From the NCBI GenBank assembly GCA_965223295.1, contig CBDCWC010000002.1, positions 1,408,001 through 1,472,000 on the forward strand: a stretch of DNA of 64,000 bases, read 5' to 3'. The position numbers and the translations under genes are program-made. The notes under the pieces were generated by a model. The model was not told the DNA's origin, did not search any database, and saw only the letters and a program-made list of their open reading frames with translations. Source of the DNA: Nitrospirales bacterium. Its GTDB lineage: Bacteria; Nitrospirota; Nitrospiria; Nitrospirales; UBA8639. Every line of letters starts with the position of its first letter. Positions within the stretch are counted from its first letter, which is position 1. Of this stretch, positions 37,470 to 46,895 are shown one piece after another.

Positions 37470-38519
37470 ATGAAACATTCTGAAAACACGCGCACCCTGA
37501 CCTCTCCTCAACGGCCTGAGCCTCACAAGACGGGACGATATTCCACAACGTCAGCTAGACCACCTGACATCCCTAAGCCTCGAATCGGGATCTCTCAATG
37601 TTTATTAGGTAAAGAAGTCCGTTACGACGGCGGCCATAAACGCGATGTGTTTATTACTGAAGTCTTAGCACCTTTTGTAGAGTGGATTTCTGTCTGCCCC
37701 GAAGTCGAAGCAGGACTAGGAATCCCCCGGGAGGCCATGCGTTTAGTTGGCAACCCCGACGCTCCTAAGCTTCTGACATCCCATTCCAAGATTGATCTCA
37801 CAGCCACACTGACAACGTTCAGTCAAAAGCGAGCACTCGAACTACGCGCCAACGATTTAGACGGATATATCTTCAAGAAGAATTCCCCAAGTTGCGGCAT
37901 TCATCGAGTCAAAATTTTCACCAAGAACGGGCATCCCTCCCATCAGGGCGTCGGCATATTCTCAGGAACGATTCAAGAATCTATGCCCTTGCTCCCCCTC
38001 GAAGAGGAAGGGCGGCTTCATGATACGCTTCTTCGAGAAAATTTTGTCGAGCGGATCTTCTCCTATCGACGATGGAAGACACAGGTCCAACACACACGCC
38101 TGAGCCGGGGAAGCATTGTCAATTTTCATACGCGACATAAATATTTATTGCTCACTCACAGCCGTGCTCATTATCACGAACTCGGCCAGCTTGTTGCCAA
38201 GGCCGGTCAATTCACTCCCACGGAATTAGCCAAAGCCTACGGTGTGCGCTTTATGGAAGGACTAAAAGTCAAAGCCACCGTCAAGAAACATGTCAACGTC
38301 CTTCAACATTTAGCGGGGCATCTGAAGAAACAAATCACGGCAGTCGAACGGGCGGAGTTACAAGAAACGATTACCGATTATCATTGCCAGCGTATTCCTC
38401 TAGCTGTTCCATTGATGCTCATTAAACATTATGTGCGGCTACTAGACATTCCTTATTTAGTTGACCAAGTCTATCTCAATCCACATCCTAAAGAATTAAT
38501 CCTGCGAAACCATGTCTAG
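37470..38519 (+). CDS. DUF523 (TudS)-DUF1722 fusion, YbgA/RudS-type thiouridine desulfidase
   Basis: ISQCLLG..VRYDGGH, CPE, KKNSPSCG (Fe-S cysteines), EEEGRL, LRENF, FH..HKY, YLNPHP.EL.LR. Confidence 0.88.
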   Translation: MKHSENTRTLTSPQRPEPHKTGRYSTTSARPPDIPKPRIGISQCLLGKEVRYDGGHKRDVFITEVLAPFVEWISVCPEVEAGLGIPREAMRLVGNPDAPKLLTSHSKIDLTATLTTFSQKRALELRANDLDGYIFKKNSPSCGIHRVKIFTKNGHPSHQGVGIFSGTIQESMPLLPLEEEGRLHDTLLRENFVERIFSYRRWKTQVQHTRLSRGSIVNFHTRHKYLLLTHSRAHYHELGQLVAKAGQFTPTELAKAYGVRFMEGLKVKATVKKHVNVLQHLAGHLKKQITAVERAELQETITDYHCQRIPLAVPLMLIKHYVRLLDIPYLVDQVYLNPHPKELILRNHV

Positions 38520-39480
38520 TACGCCCAACACCAGTATAGAGAACACGGGCTATCGCATTAAAGCGGTAGCCTCAACCACAGGTCTCAGCACCCATGTGAT
38601 TCGCAAGTGGGAAGAACGCTACCATCTTGTACAACCTCATCGAAGCAACAATGGCTACCGCGTGTTTTCCGAAGAAGACATCCAACTCCTTCTCTTCATC
38701 AAAACCAAACTGGCAGCGGGAGCATCTATTGGTCAGCTGGCTCGGACCGGCCCGGCCAAACTGCGTCAAGCCATGCAACAGACACCACTGGATCTTTCGC
38801 CGATTCCTACACCTTATCGGAAAGACGCCAAACTTCTTCTTGAGGCAGCGCGGCACCAACATCTTGATGGCATCAAGAAGAAGCTCGAACATTGGATCCT
38901 GTCGATGGGATTGCAGGAGGCTATGATGAAACTGATCTTTCCTATTCTCAAACTTATTGGCGATCAATGGCACCAAGGAGGTATTTCTATATCCGGTGAA
39001 CATAGAGTCAGCCAGCTCGTCAGGCAACATTTACTCTCAGCGATCCGCCAAAACCTGCCATCAAACAACCCTCGTGCGGTCGTGGCCTGCGTCCCCGGTG
39101 ACTACCATGAAATTGCTCCATTGACCGCGACGATGTTCCTACAAAACTTGGGATGGCAAGGCACTTATCTTGGACCAAATGTATCCTTTGAAGTCCTACA
39201 GATGGCCTTGCGTCGTAAACAGACTCCACTTATGATTCTATCTTGTATAATCGAACCGGATACAGAGACCTTTTATTCCTGGTTACAAGAGATTATTCAA
39301 CATCTCGTCCCGCACACGACTGTAGCCCTCGGAGGAGCTGGCTTGTTATCGTATAAAACACTCTTGAAACAGTATTCCATTTCTTATCTGCGGACCATCC
39401 AAGATCTCACAATGTTTTCTCGGAACAATCATTCCGTCCTAACATCAGATGTTCGGTTCCTTCAATCTTCATGCGGCTAA
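38512..39480 (+). CDS. CarH/LitR-type MerR regulator with B12-binding domain (copy 2)
   Basis: MerR HTH (IRKWEERY..VQP.R..NGYR), W-x9-EH (WHQGGISISGEH), DYHE, YLG, LGG. Confidence 0.85.
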   Translation: MSSTPNTSIENTGYRIKAVASTTGLSTHVIRKWEERYHLVQPHRSNNGYRVFSEEDIQLLLFIKTKLAAGASIGQLARTGPAKLRQAMQQTPLDLSPIPTPYRKDAKLLLEAARHQHLDGIKKKLEHWILSMGLQEAMMKLIFPILKLIGDQWHQGGISISGEHRVSQLVRQHLLSAIRQNLPSNNPRAVVACVPGDYHEIAPLTATMFLQNLGWQGTYLGPNVSFEVLQMALRRKQTPLMILSCIIEPDTETFYSWLQEIIQHLVPHTTVALGGAGLLSYKTLLKQYSISYLRTIQDLTMFSRNNHSVLTSDVRFLQSSCG

Positions 39481-39492
39481 GGAGTCTGTCTT

Positions 39493-40002
39493 ATGTCAGA
39501 ACGTAAAAAAGGTATTATTCTTGTTGGCCATGGCGGCATTCCTAAAGATTATCCAGCCGACCTGGTGAGTAAACTCAAACGACTGGAAGCACAGCGCCGG
39601 GCAGCCAAGCAACCGATGTCAGCAGAAGAATTGGCATTGGATACCAAAATCAGAACCTGGCCTCGCACCCCGGAATCAGACCCGTACCAGGCAGGACTCG
39701 AAGCCCTGGGAAATCAGATGAAACCTCTGATTAATGGCGCGTTATTTTCGTTGGCCTACAATGAGTTTTGCGGACCAACATTACAGGAAGCGGTAAAAAG
39801 TCTCATTAAACAAGGCGCAGAATCTATTACCGTCGTATCGACCATGTTCACACCTGGAGGATCCCATTCGGAATATGAGATTCCCGAAGAAATGGAGGAA
39901 CTCCGCCACGAACATCCGAATGTTCAGTTGCAATATGCTTGGCCATATGACCTGAGCCAAGTCTCGAAAATGCTTGTCGAACATATTGCACAATTTACAT
40001 AG
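39493..40002 (+). CDS. cbiX: Short CbiX/SirB-type class II tetrapyrrole chelatase
   Basis: ILVGHG, A.NEF..P, PG.SH...EIP. Confidence 0.8.
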   Translation: MSERKKGIILVGHGGIPKDYPADLVSKLKRLEAQRRAAKQPMSAEELALDTKIRTWPRTPESDPYQAGLEALGNQMKPLINGALFSLAYNEFCGPTLQEAVKSLIKQGAESITVVSTMFTPGGSHSEYEIPEEMEELRHEHPNVQLQYAWPYDLSQVSKMLVEHIAQFT

Positions 40003-40068
40003 AAAAATATTTCAGCAAATCTTGATCTGGACATCAGTAAAGTTAATCCAGACATACGTACATTTTCC

Positions 40069-40425
40069 ATGGCCGCACAACGAGCTAAAAAACCAGCGAG
40101 CAGATCCCGACATCCAATCACCAAGCCGAAACTGGATTACCTGCACCATGTGGCCATTCCTGTACCAGATATTGCCAAAGCTTTGGAATGGTATACTTCT
40201 CGATTCAACTGCCAGGTTTTCTACCTGGACGAAACCTGGGCCTTATTGGAATTTGCCAACGCAAAGTTAGCACTTGTTCTTCCTCATGAACACCCTGCAC
40301 ATTTTGCCCTGAGTCGTCCGGATGCCAACAAATTTGGCGATCTCACTACTCACCGAGACGGACTGAAATCCGTGTATCTGAGGGATGCTTTCGGCAATTC
40401 GATTGAGATCATCGAAGAAGCCTGA
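40069..40425 (+). CDS. VOC/glyoxalase family protein
   Basis: HHVAI.V.D...ALEWY, HFA, YLRD.FGNSIE. Confidence 0.8.
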   Translation: MAAQRAKKPASRSRHPITKPKLDYLHHVAIPVPDIAKALEWYTSRFNCQVFYLDETWALLEFANAKLALVLPHEHPAHFALSRPDANKFGDLTTHRDGLKSVYLRDAFGNSIEIIEEA

Positions 40426-40448
40426 AAAACCCTACCTCTACCAGCTCC

Positions 40449-40793
40449 ATGATTGAGAGTATTGAGGATCGAGAGTTTGACCGGATTGTGGAACAGGCAG
40501 CCAGCCCAGTGTTGGTGGAATTCTGGCAGCCAGGCTGTGGCCATTGCCAAGCTCTACTTCAAGAACTAGAACTGGTGCAAGCTGAAGTTGGAGATCGCCT
40601 GACTATCTATACGATGAATGTGCAGGAAAATTTTCTAATCCCAAGGGAGCTAGAAATTCAGTCACTTCCAACCTTGGCATTGTATGTCGGCGGCCAATTT
40701 AGAACGTTTATTGGCGGCATCGGAAAGAAGCAGAACCTTCTTCAGCAACTCACACAATGGCTTCCCTCTTCCCCTACGACCCCTCCTTCATAA
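40449..40793 (+). CDS. Thioredoxin family protein
   Basis: VLVEFW..GCGHC, I.SLPT. Confidence 0.85.
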   Translation: MIESIEDREFDRIVEQAASPVLVEFWQPGCGHCQALLQELELVQAEVGDRLTIYTMNVQENFLIPRELEIQSLPTLALYVGGQFRTFIGGIGKKQNLLQQLTQWLPSSPTTPPS

Positions 40794-40898
40794 CCTGCTG
40801 CTTGGAACTTGCGAAGTATCAAAAATACGTGAAAAAGTCACGACTTCTCCACAGTCTCACAAATTTCTATTAACTTGATGAATTTCCTCAACCCTATC

Positions 40899-42413
40899 TT
40901 AGTGAGGACCACCAATTTTTCTGGCTACTGACCAGGAACCTAAGTCTGTTTCGGTCGGCTTTATCAGGATTCCTTTTCTTCCACTCAGGAAACTTTTTAC
41001 TTTGGCAGACGCGTACCCCATCCCACTGCATAACAGGCGGAATAGATGGTTTGGATAACGCAAGACCATTTTGGCGAAGTACCAAAGGATTTTGGGGCGC
41101 CGATAAAATGACCTCAACACTTCTTGATAGTAACGGTCTAGCTCCTCGATGGACATCCCTTCCGGAGCCCAGACGAAATTCATGCCGTTCATTTTTTCCC
41201 AATGATCATCTCGAATGTTCGTTCCATAAAGATCGCGATACACTGGTGACCCAGGATAGGGTGTAAATTTTGTCAAATTCATGATCTCCATCGGAATCCG
41301 ACGAATGAAATCCTTGGTCATTTGAATCGTTTCAAGTGTCTCTCCGGGGTATCCCAGCATGAAGAGACCCTTTGTCCTGATCTTCGCTTCCGCCGTCCAG
41401 GTGACAGCCTGAGTCGACTTGGCCACCCGAGCCTGTTTGTCCATTTTTTTGAGCAATTCATCCGATCCCGTCTCTAGACCAAAACTTATTTCCCAACAGC
41501 CAGCAGCTTTCATGAGTTTAAGAAGATCGGGCTTCACGGTATCCACCCTGGCTGCGCAAGTCCAGGTCATCTTGAGACCATTTTGGATGATGAGATTGCA
41601 CAGTTCCGTCACACGAAGACGACTGGCAAGGAAAAGATCGTCCACAAACATGACATGCCGAACACCATACGTATTCTGAAGATGATGCATCATGTCAAAC
41701 ACGACCCTAGGAGAGTAGGCTCGCACCTGGGCACCAAACGTCGATGTGTCACAGAATTTACAGTGAAATGGGCACCCGCGCGAAGCCGCGATCGTCGCAA
41801 CTGGTCCTTGAGGGAATTCGAAAATGGCTGGCCAATAGGCATTAGGAAAATTCGGCAAGAGGTCCCAAGCCGGGAACGGCAATTCATCAAGATCTTTAGC
41901 AATAGGCAAAGCCGATGTACGAACGACTTGCTCGCTGTCGCGGTAAAGAAGGCTCGGCACCGAGGCCAAGTTGGCGCCGTCTTCCAGAGCATTCAACAGC
42001 TGAGTTAACGGTTGTTCCCCTTCCCCCACAACCGCAACGTCAAACTCCGGAAATCGGTGCATCGTTTCCGGCCCCATGGACGAAATATGGGGGCCTCCAA
42101 TAATGATTGTCGTCTGCGGAATCTTCTTTTTGATTTTCCTGGCAATGCCCGCGGCACCCCAGACACCCACGGTGAATAAGGTTATCCCCACATAGTCTGG
42201 CTTTTCGTCGAGTACTTTTTGAGCAACCTGATCCTCAGTCAGATTAAAGATATCGCTTTCTATAATTGACGGTTGATATCCACTGAGACGCACTTCTGCT
42301 GCAAGATGCAGCAGACCAAGGGACGGGGACTTATTGGTAATATGCCGGAGAAAGTCGTATCCGGGCGCAATCCGTTCATACGGCGGATTGATAAAGATGA
42401 TCTGTTTCGACAT
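40899..42413 (-). CDS. Cobalamin-dependent (class B) radical SAM protein
   Basis: N-terminal B12-binding domain (LGL..LAA, GGPH, GEGE), SRGCPFHCKFC, FVDD, GLETG, FTPYPGS. Confidence 0.9.
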   Translation of the reverse strand: MSKQIIFINPPYERIAPGYDFLRHITNKSPSLGLLHLAAEVRLSGYQPSIIESDIFNLTEDQVAQKVLDEKPDYVGITLFTVGVWGAAGIARKIKKKIPQTTIIIGGPHISSMGPETMHRFPEFDVAVVGEGEQPLTQLLNALEDGANLASVPSLLYRDSEQVVRTSALPIAKDLDELPFPAWDLLPNFPNAYWPAIFEFPQGPVATIAASRGCPFHCKFCDTSTFGAQVRAYSPRVVFDMMHHLQNTYGVRHVMFVDDLFLASRLRVTELCNLIIQNGLKMTWTCAARVDTVKPDLLKLMKAAGCWEISFGLETGSDELLKKMDKQARVAKSTQAVTWTAEAKIRTKGLFMLGYPGETLETIQMTKDFIRRIPMEIMNLTKFTPYPGSPVYRDLYGTNIRDDHWEKMNGMNFVWAPEGMSIEELDRYYQEVLRSFYRRPKILWYFAKMVLRYPNHLFRLLCSGMGYASAKVKSFLSGRKGILIKPTETDLGSWSVARKIGGPH

Positions 42414-42797
42414 TGTGGACTCCCTTCCTCCAGACGACGATGGCGTCTTTTGTTCTTGGGTCCTCTCGAAATTTTAGAAAATTGTCATCTGTACTCAGGG
42501 AAAATGCGAACTGTAGAATCAAATTGTGACATCATTACATAAAAGAGTCAAAATTCTTCTATTTTTTCGTGGACTTATCTATCTTATTCTGACGAAATCC
42601 GGACTTTCATTCATCCTCATGCAATACAAATAGCTTTCAGAGATGAAACATTTTCACCGCATTCAAGAATTTTTGACTCAATGCCCCCTCTCATCTTTTT
42701 TATGTAGAACGTTGCCTTGGCAAGCTACAGCTTTTACAATTTCACGCAATAGATACATGACTCATTTTGCATAATTGTCACTCTTGGAGGTTGAGAA

Positions 42798-43457
42798 ATG
42801 ATTACTCGAACACAATATGCTCTAGCACTAAAGACTCTGGGGATAATGTCGGTATTCTTTTTTGGCTTGAGCATCAGCTCTAGTCCTTCATGGTTTCACG
42901 AAGAAGTCTCGGCAACAGAAACCCCACAACTAATTGCCACCAATTCTTCTGATTCTCCAACGGCAACGACTTCCTCAAACCTCTATGACTTTACAATGAA
43001 TGACATTGATGGCAATCCTCTTCCCCTGAGCCAATTTAAAGGAAAAGTCATCATGGTCGTTAACACGGCCAGTTTTTGCGGGAACACCCCTCAGTACGAA
43101 GACCTTCAAACGCTATACGAACAGTATCGCGATCAAGGCTTTACTGTCCTCGCCTTCCCTGCCAATGACTTTGGCAAACAAGAACCAGGAAATAACAAGG
43201 AAATTGCGGAATTCTGTTACACCAAATATTCTTTGGAATTCCCGTTATTCAGCAAAATTACAGTCCTCGGTGATCAGAAACATCCTCTGTATCGCTACCT
43301 CACAGAAGAGACTCCTTTTCAAGGAGAAATCACCTGGAATTTCCAAAAGTTTCTGGTTAATCGAACAGGTCAAGTCATTGCACGATATGAACCAGGGCAA
43401 AAACCTCTCACACCTCAAATTGTGGGAGATATTGAAAAAGCCTTACAAGCCTCGTAG
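42798..43457 (+). CDS. Exported Cys-type glutathione peroxidase
   Basis: VNTASFCG.TPQY, FPANDFG.QEPG, WNFQKFL. N-terminal signal. Confidence 0.92.
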   Translation: MITRTQYALALKTLGIMSVFFFGLSISSSPSWFHEEVSATETPQLIATNSSDSPTATTSSNLYDFTMNDIDGNPLPLSQFKGKVIMVVNTASFCGNTPQYEDLQTLYEQYRDQGFTVLAFPANDFGKQEPGNNKEIAEFCYTKYSLEFPLFSKITVLGDQKHPLYRYLTEETPFQGEITWNFQKFLVNRTGQVIARYEPGQKPLTPQIVGDIEKALQAS

Positions 43458-43537
43458 ATAGCCTGCCCTTTCCTGCAGGTAGCCCCCTCAGAAGCTAACA
43501 GGCTCACCTCTACCCGTTTAGATCGGGCAGACCCGCT

Positions 43538-43572
43538 GAGGGGGTGAGACCCAGTTTCACCCCTCTTTTGTT
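43538..43572 (+). terminator. Intrinsic terminator after the peroxidase gene
   Basis: GAGGGGGTGAGAC-CCA-GTTTCACCCCTC followed by TTTTGTT. Confidence 0.65.
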
Positions 43573-44696
43573 ATGCGGCCCCCCATATCATTGCACCCAC
43601 TACTATTTCCTGAATAATCGGTGATATGTCACCACGAACGTGAGTTCACAGAAAATCTTCTCGGAAAGAAGCCATGAAGTTCTCAGATTTCTGAATGAAA
43701 TTCCTAGGAAAACTTCTAGACAAGAACTCCCCAATAGCATTTATTTTTACCTACATAAATTCACTATCAATATATTGAACAAATACTGTGACGATAGATG
43801 GCCATACTTTTTATCAGGGCTCAGATAGTGCGGGATATCAGAACTCGCAATATTCAATAGTATTGAGCTATACTCTAGGTATCTTTTACTATATTTTTAC
43901 TGTCATTTTATGATTTCTCTTCCATGAGTCATGTTTTTATCTTTCTTCGGTCATCGGAATTCCCCCAAACGTTTCCCACTCTCTCTTTAGATTAAGCATA
44001 GCGTAGGTGAAACACAGTTGGAACACGAGACTATCTGCGAAATACCTGCAAAGGGATAGGCATGAGCAGTAATAGCCAAGGTCAGTATGTATTGAATGGC
44101 AAATAGTGTATCCGGTCTTGTTCGCACAAAGTTCCAAACGTGATGAATTCTCAGAACTCATGTAACAATGCGCATGTCGAAAGTTTGAATCATATAAAGG
44201 TCAAGGTTAAATACGTATTCGGAGGAAATGTTGTCCAACAGACTGTCTATCCCATACCATATCCTAACGCATAGAAGGCCCTGACATTTTACGAGAGGAC
44301 GGACCAAACAATCGTTCTTTTGCAGAATTCGAAAATCCCAGAAAATGGATACAAGAGAACCCTTCTTTTGGGCTAGGTGAAAATTCTTACAATGCACTCT
44401 CTGTTTGATTTTTAGACGACAGATCTAATCAAAAAAAATACATCATAGAACTTTCAAAAACCACAAAAACTTCAGTATCCTGACGTTGTAACGATTTGAT
44501 GCTCCTTCTACACTAAGCTGGAACTGAGCAATCATCTGAAATCATGATGGTATGCATTGTGGTATTGGTAACAAGTATTTTCGTCGCAGTGTTATCTGGA
44601 GAGAGAACGAGACAAGACCAGGACAACGGAAAGTGATTTGGATTTCTCCATAAGATCATGGTCAGTATCGTGAATAAAGGAATATAAGAGTTATCA

Positions 44697-46832
44697 ATGT
44701 ATCTTAATTTTTTCCGCTTACAGGCCAAACCCTTTAATCCTACACCAGACCCTGAATTCCTGTATCTTAGTCCAGGGCATAAACAGGCCTTGGGCTCAAT
44801 CATCTATGGCGTCAAAGCGAAAAAAGGGTTCATTGCGATTACCGGTCAAGTTGGTCTTGGAAAAACCACGATTCTCCGATCCTTTCTTGCTCAAGTCGAT
44901 CAGACCAATCTTCGTACAATTTATCTGCTCAATCCCAACTTGTCTTTCTCGAGAGTACTCAAGACATTGCTGCAGGAACTCGGACAGGAACCCATCCAGG
45001 GGGACGAAGCAGAAGTTGTCGAGCAATTGCACATGGTGCTTATCGAAGAATATCGAAAAGGCAAGACAGTGGTACTCCTCATCGACGAAGCTCAAAATAT
45101 GCCTGTGACAACGTTAGAGCAACTTCGCATGTTGTCTAACTTAGAGACACCAAAAGACAAACTCATTCAGATTGTATTGTTGGGACAACCGGAATTGGAT
45201 GCTCTTTTGGATCGGCATGAATTACGCCAAGTACGCCAGCGCATTGCCGTTCAAGCCATGATTCGCCCCCTTTCTAAAGAAGAAAGTCTCCAGTATATTC
45301 AGCATCGCTTGGACAGAGCTGGAGGGATGGGAAATAAGTTTTTCACCAACTCGGCTTTAAAGTTAATTGTCCAAGAAGCCAAGGGGATCCCTCGTCGCCT
45401 GAATATTCTCTGTGACAATGCTTTGGTGACGGCTTTCGGGTATAAGAAGCCCTCTGTGACGGCCAGTATTGTTAAAGAAGTCATTAGTGATCTGACAGGT
45501 CGAGCTTATCACACACCTTTGAGATGGATACCGTTGGCTGCAGGCATTTTGGCACTTATTCTTGCTCTGATCTGGTTCATGCCTCTCACAGATCATGTAT
45601 CTCCCGACGCCCCTCTTTCATCGTCCGTTAGCCAACTGATAAACCAGGATGAAAAGTCAGATCAAGACTTTTTGAGTGAAGAACACGAAGCAGATGTTTC
45701 AGAGCAACAAGATCTTACCTTCATAGAGCAAACACGAAATTTGCTTGTCGAGTCAGTGCCAAAAGTCTTAGAGACATTACAGAAGGTAGCTATTTCCGAT
45801 CAGAATTCGAATACAATTCCCACTTCCGTCCAACCAGGCGGTAACCCTAACAATCAAGAACAAGCTGTTGATCTCGAACAATCGCCCCTTGTCGTGAAAC
45901 CTGTACCCCGCGCTGCTTCAAACAAGCCAAGTGATGTGCCAGTTTCTGATGAAACTGTTGCCAGTCAAACCCCTGAAAATCAAGAATCCCATGCTTCAGA
46001 ACAGAAGGAAGGTAAAATCGAAAATTCCGAAGAACATTTTCTTATAGAGAACATGAAGCTAACACAGGTTGAATCACAATCATCTCCTGTTCTGGTCATT
46101 GATACGAATACGGCAGAACGCAACATAAAAAAACTCAGTAAACCCTTAGACCAAGCTTCAATAGATTTGGTGGAAGGCCAGGAACCACACCACAACCAAG
46201 AAAGTCTTCCTACAAAAACTGTAACTAAAGAACAAGTGCCAGTACAGATACCGTCACGTGGCAAAAGCAAAATTGGCCTCTCAACCCCTCCCATAACAAG
46301 AACTGTGAAAAAGGGGGACACCCTCGCAGGGTTAATAGAAGACGTATATGGATCAGTAGCTCCTTCGACTCTGCGATTGGTGCTTGACCATAATCGTCAT
46401 ATTGTGAATGTCCAACAAATTTATCCTGGGCAAGAGATTTTATTTCCCTCTGCAAGGCTGACAAATTCTCCAAAAGGCCTTATTGATAGTACGCGTGACT
46501 TGGTACAAGGCAAGAGTGAAAAGTTGAAAGTTTCAAAAAAAATCTTCTCTGGATCATCCGTCAAAATCAAACCGAATCAGAAAAAAAATAAAGCAAAAAA
46601 TCTTTCTCCCTTCGCCGTGGCCGTCGTCAAAAAAGGTGACACTCTTGAAAAGTTGACCAGAGTTGTCTACGGATCATCTGATCCAACCTATATTCAACGT
46701 GTACTGGATTATAACCCGAAAATTCTGAGTCCTAAGAAAATTTTCCCAGGACAGGATATTGCGTTTCCTAGAATTGTGGAAGAAGTAGACACATCAAGCA
46801 ATCAAAGCTCATCTGCACGTTCACCTGAATAA
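44697..46832 (+). CDS. ExeA/GspA-family AAA ATPase with TM segment and two LysM domains
   Basis: PF..TPDP.F, GQVGLGKTT, IDEAQ, GQPEL, GIPR.LN.LCD. Two VKKGDTL...YG...N.....I.PGQ.I.FP repeats. Confidence 0.85.
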   Translation: MYLNFFRLQAKPFNPTPDPEFLYLSPGHKQALGSIIYGVKAKKGFIAITGQVGLGKTTILRSFLAQVDQTNLRTIYLLNPNLSFSRVLKTLLQELGQEPIQGDEAEVVEQLHMVLIEEYRKGKTVVLLIDEAQNMPVTTLEQLRMLSNLETPKDKLIQIVLLGQPELDALLDRHELRQVRQRIAVQAMIRPLSKEESLQYIQHRLDRAGGMGNKFFTNSALKLIVQEAKGIPRRLNILCDNALVTAFGYKKPSVTASIVKEVISDLTGRAYHTPLRWIPLAAGILALILALIWFMPLTDHVSPDAPLSSSVSQLINQDEKSDQDFLSEEHEADVSEQQDLTFIEQTRNLLVESVPKVLETLQKVAISDQNSNTIPTSVQPGGNPNNQEQAVDLEQSPLVVKPVPRAASNKPSDVPVSDETVASQTPENQESHASEQKEGKIENSEEHFLIENMKLTQVESQSSPVLVIDTNTAERNIKKLSKPLDQASIDLVEGQEPHHNQESLPTKTVTKEQVPVQIPSRGKSKIGLSTPPITRTVKKGDTLAGLIEDVYGSVAPSTLRLVLDHNRHIVNVQQIYPGQEILFPSARLTNSPKGLIDSTRDLVQGKSEKLKVSKKIFSGSSVKIKPNQKKNKAKNLSPFAVAVVKKGDTLEKLTRVVYGSSDPTYIQRVLDYNPKILSPKKIFPGQDIAFPRIVEEVDTSSNQSSSARSPE

Positions 46833-46895
46833 TTAGCCATCGATGTTGAGAAAGTATCTGTCACCTCATTCATTTTTCTTGCGAAGGATCACTGT

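Noticed and set aside
42798-43572. Selenocysteine Gpx with a SECIS hairpin
   Set aside because: The active-site codon is TGC (Cys) and there is no in-frame TGA.
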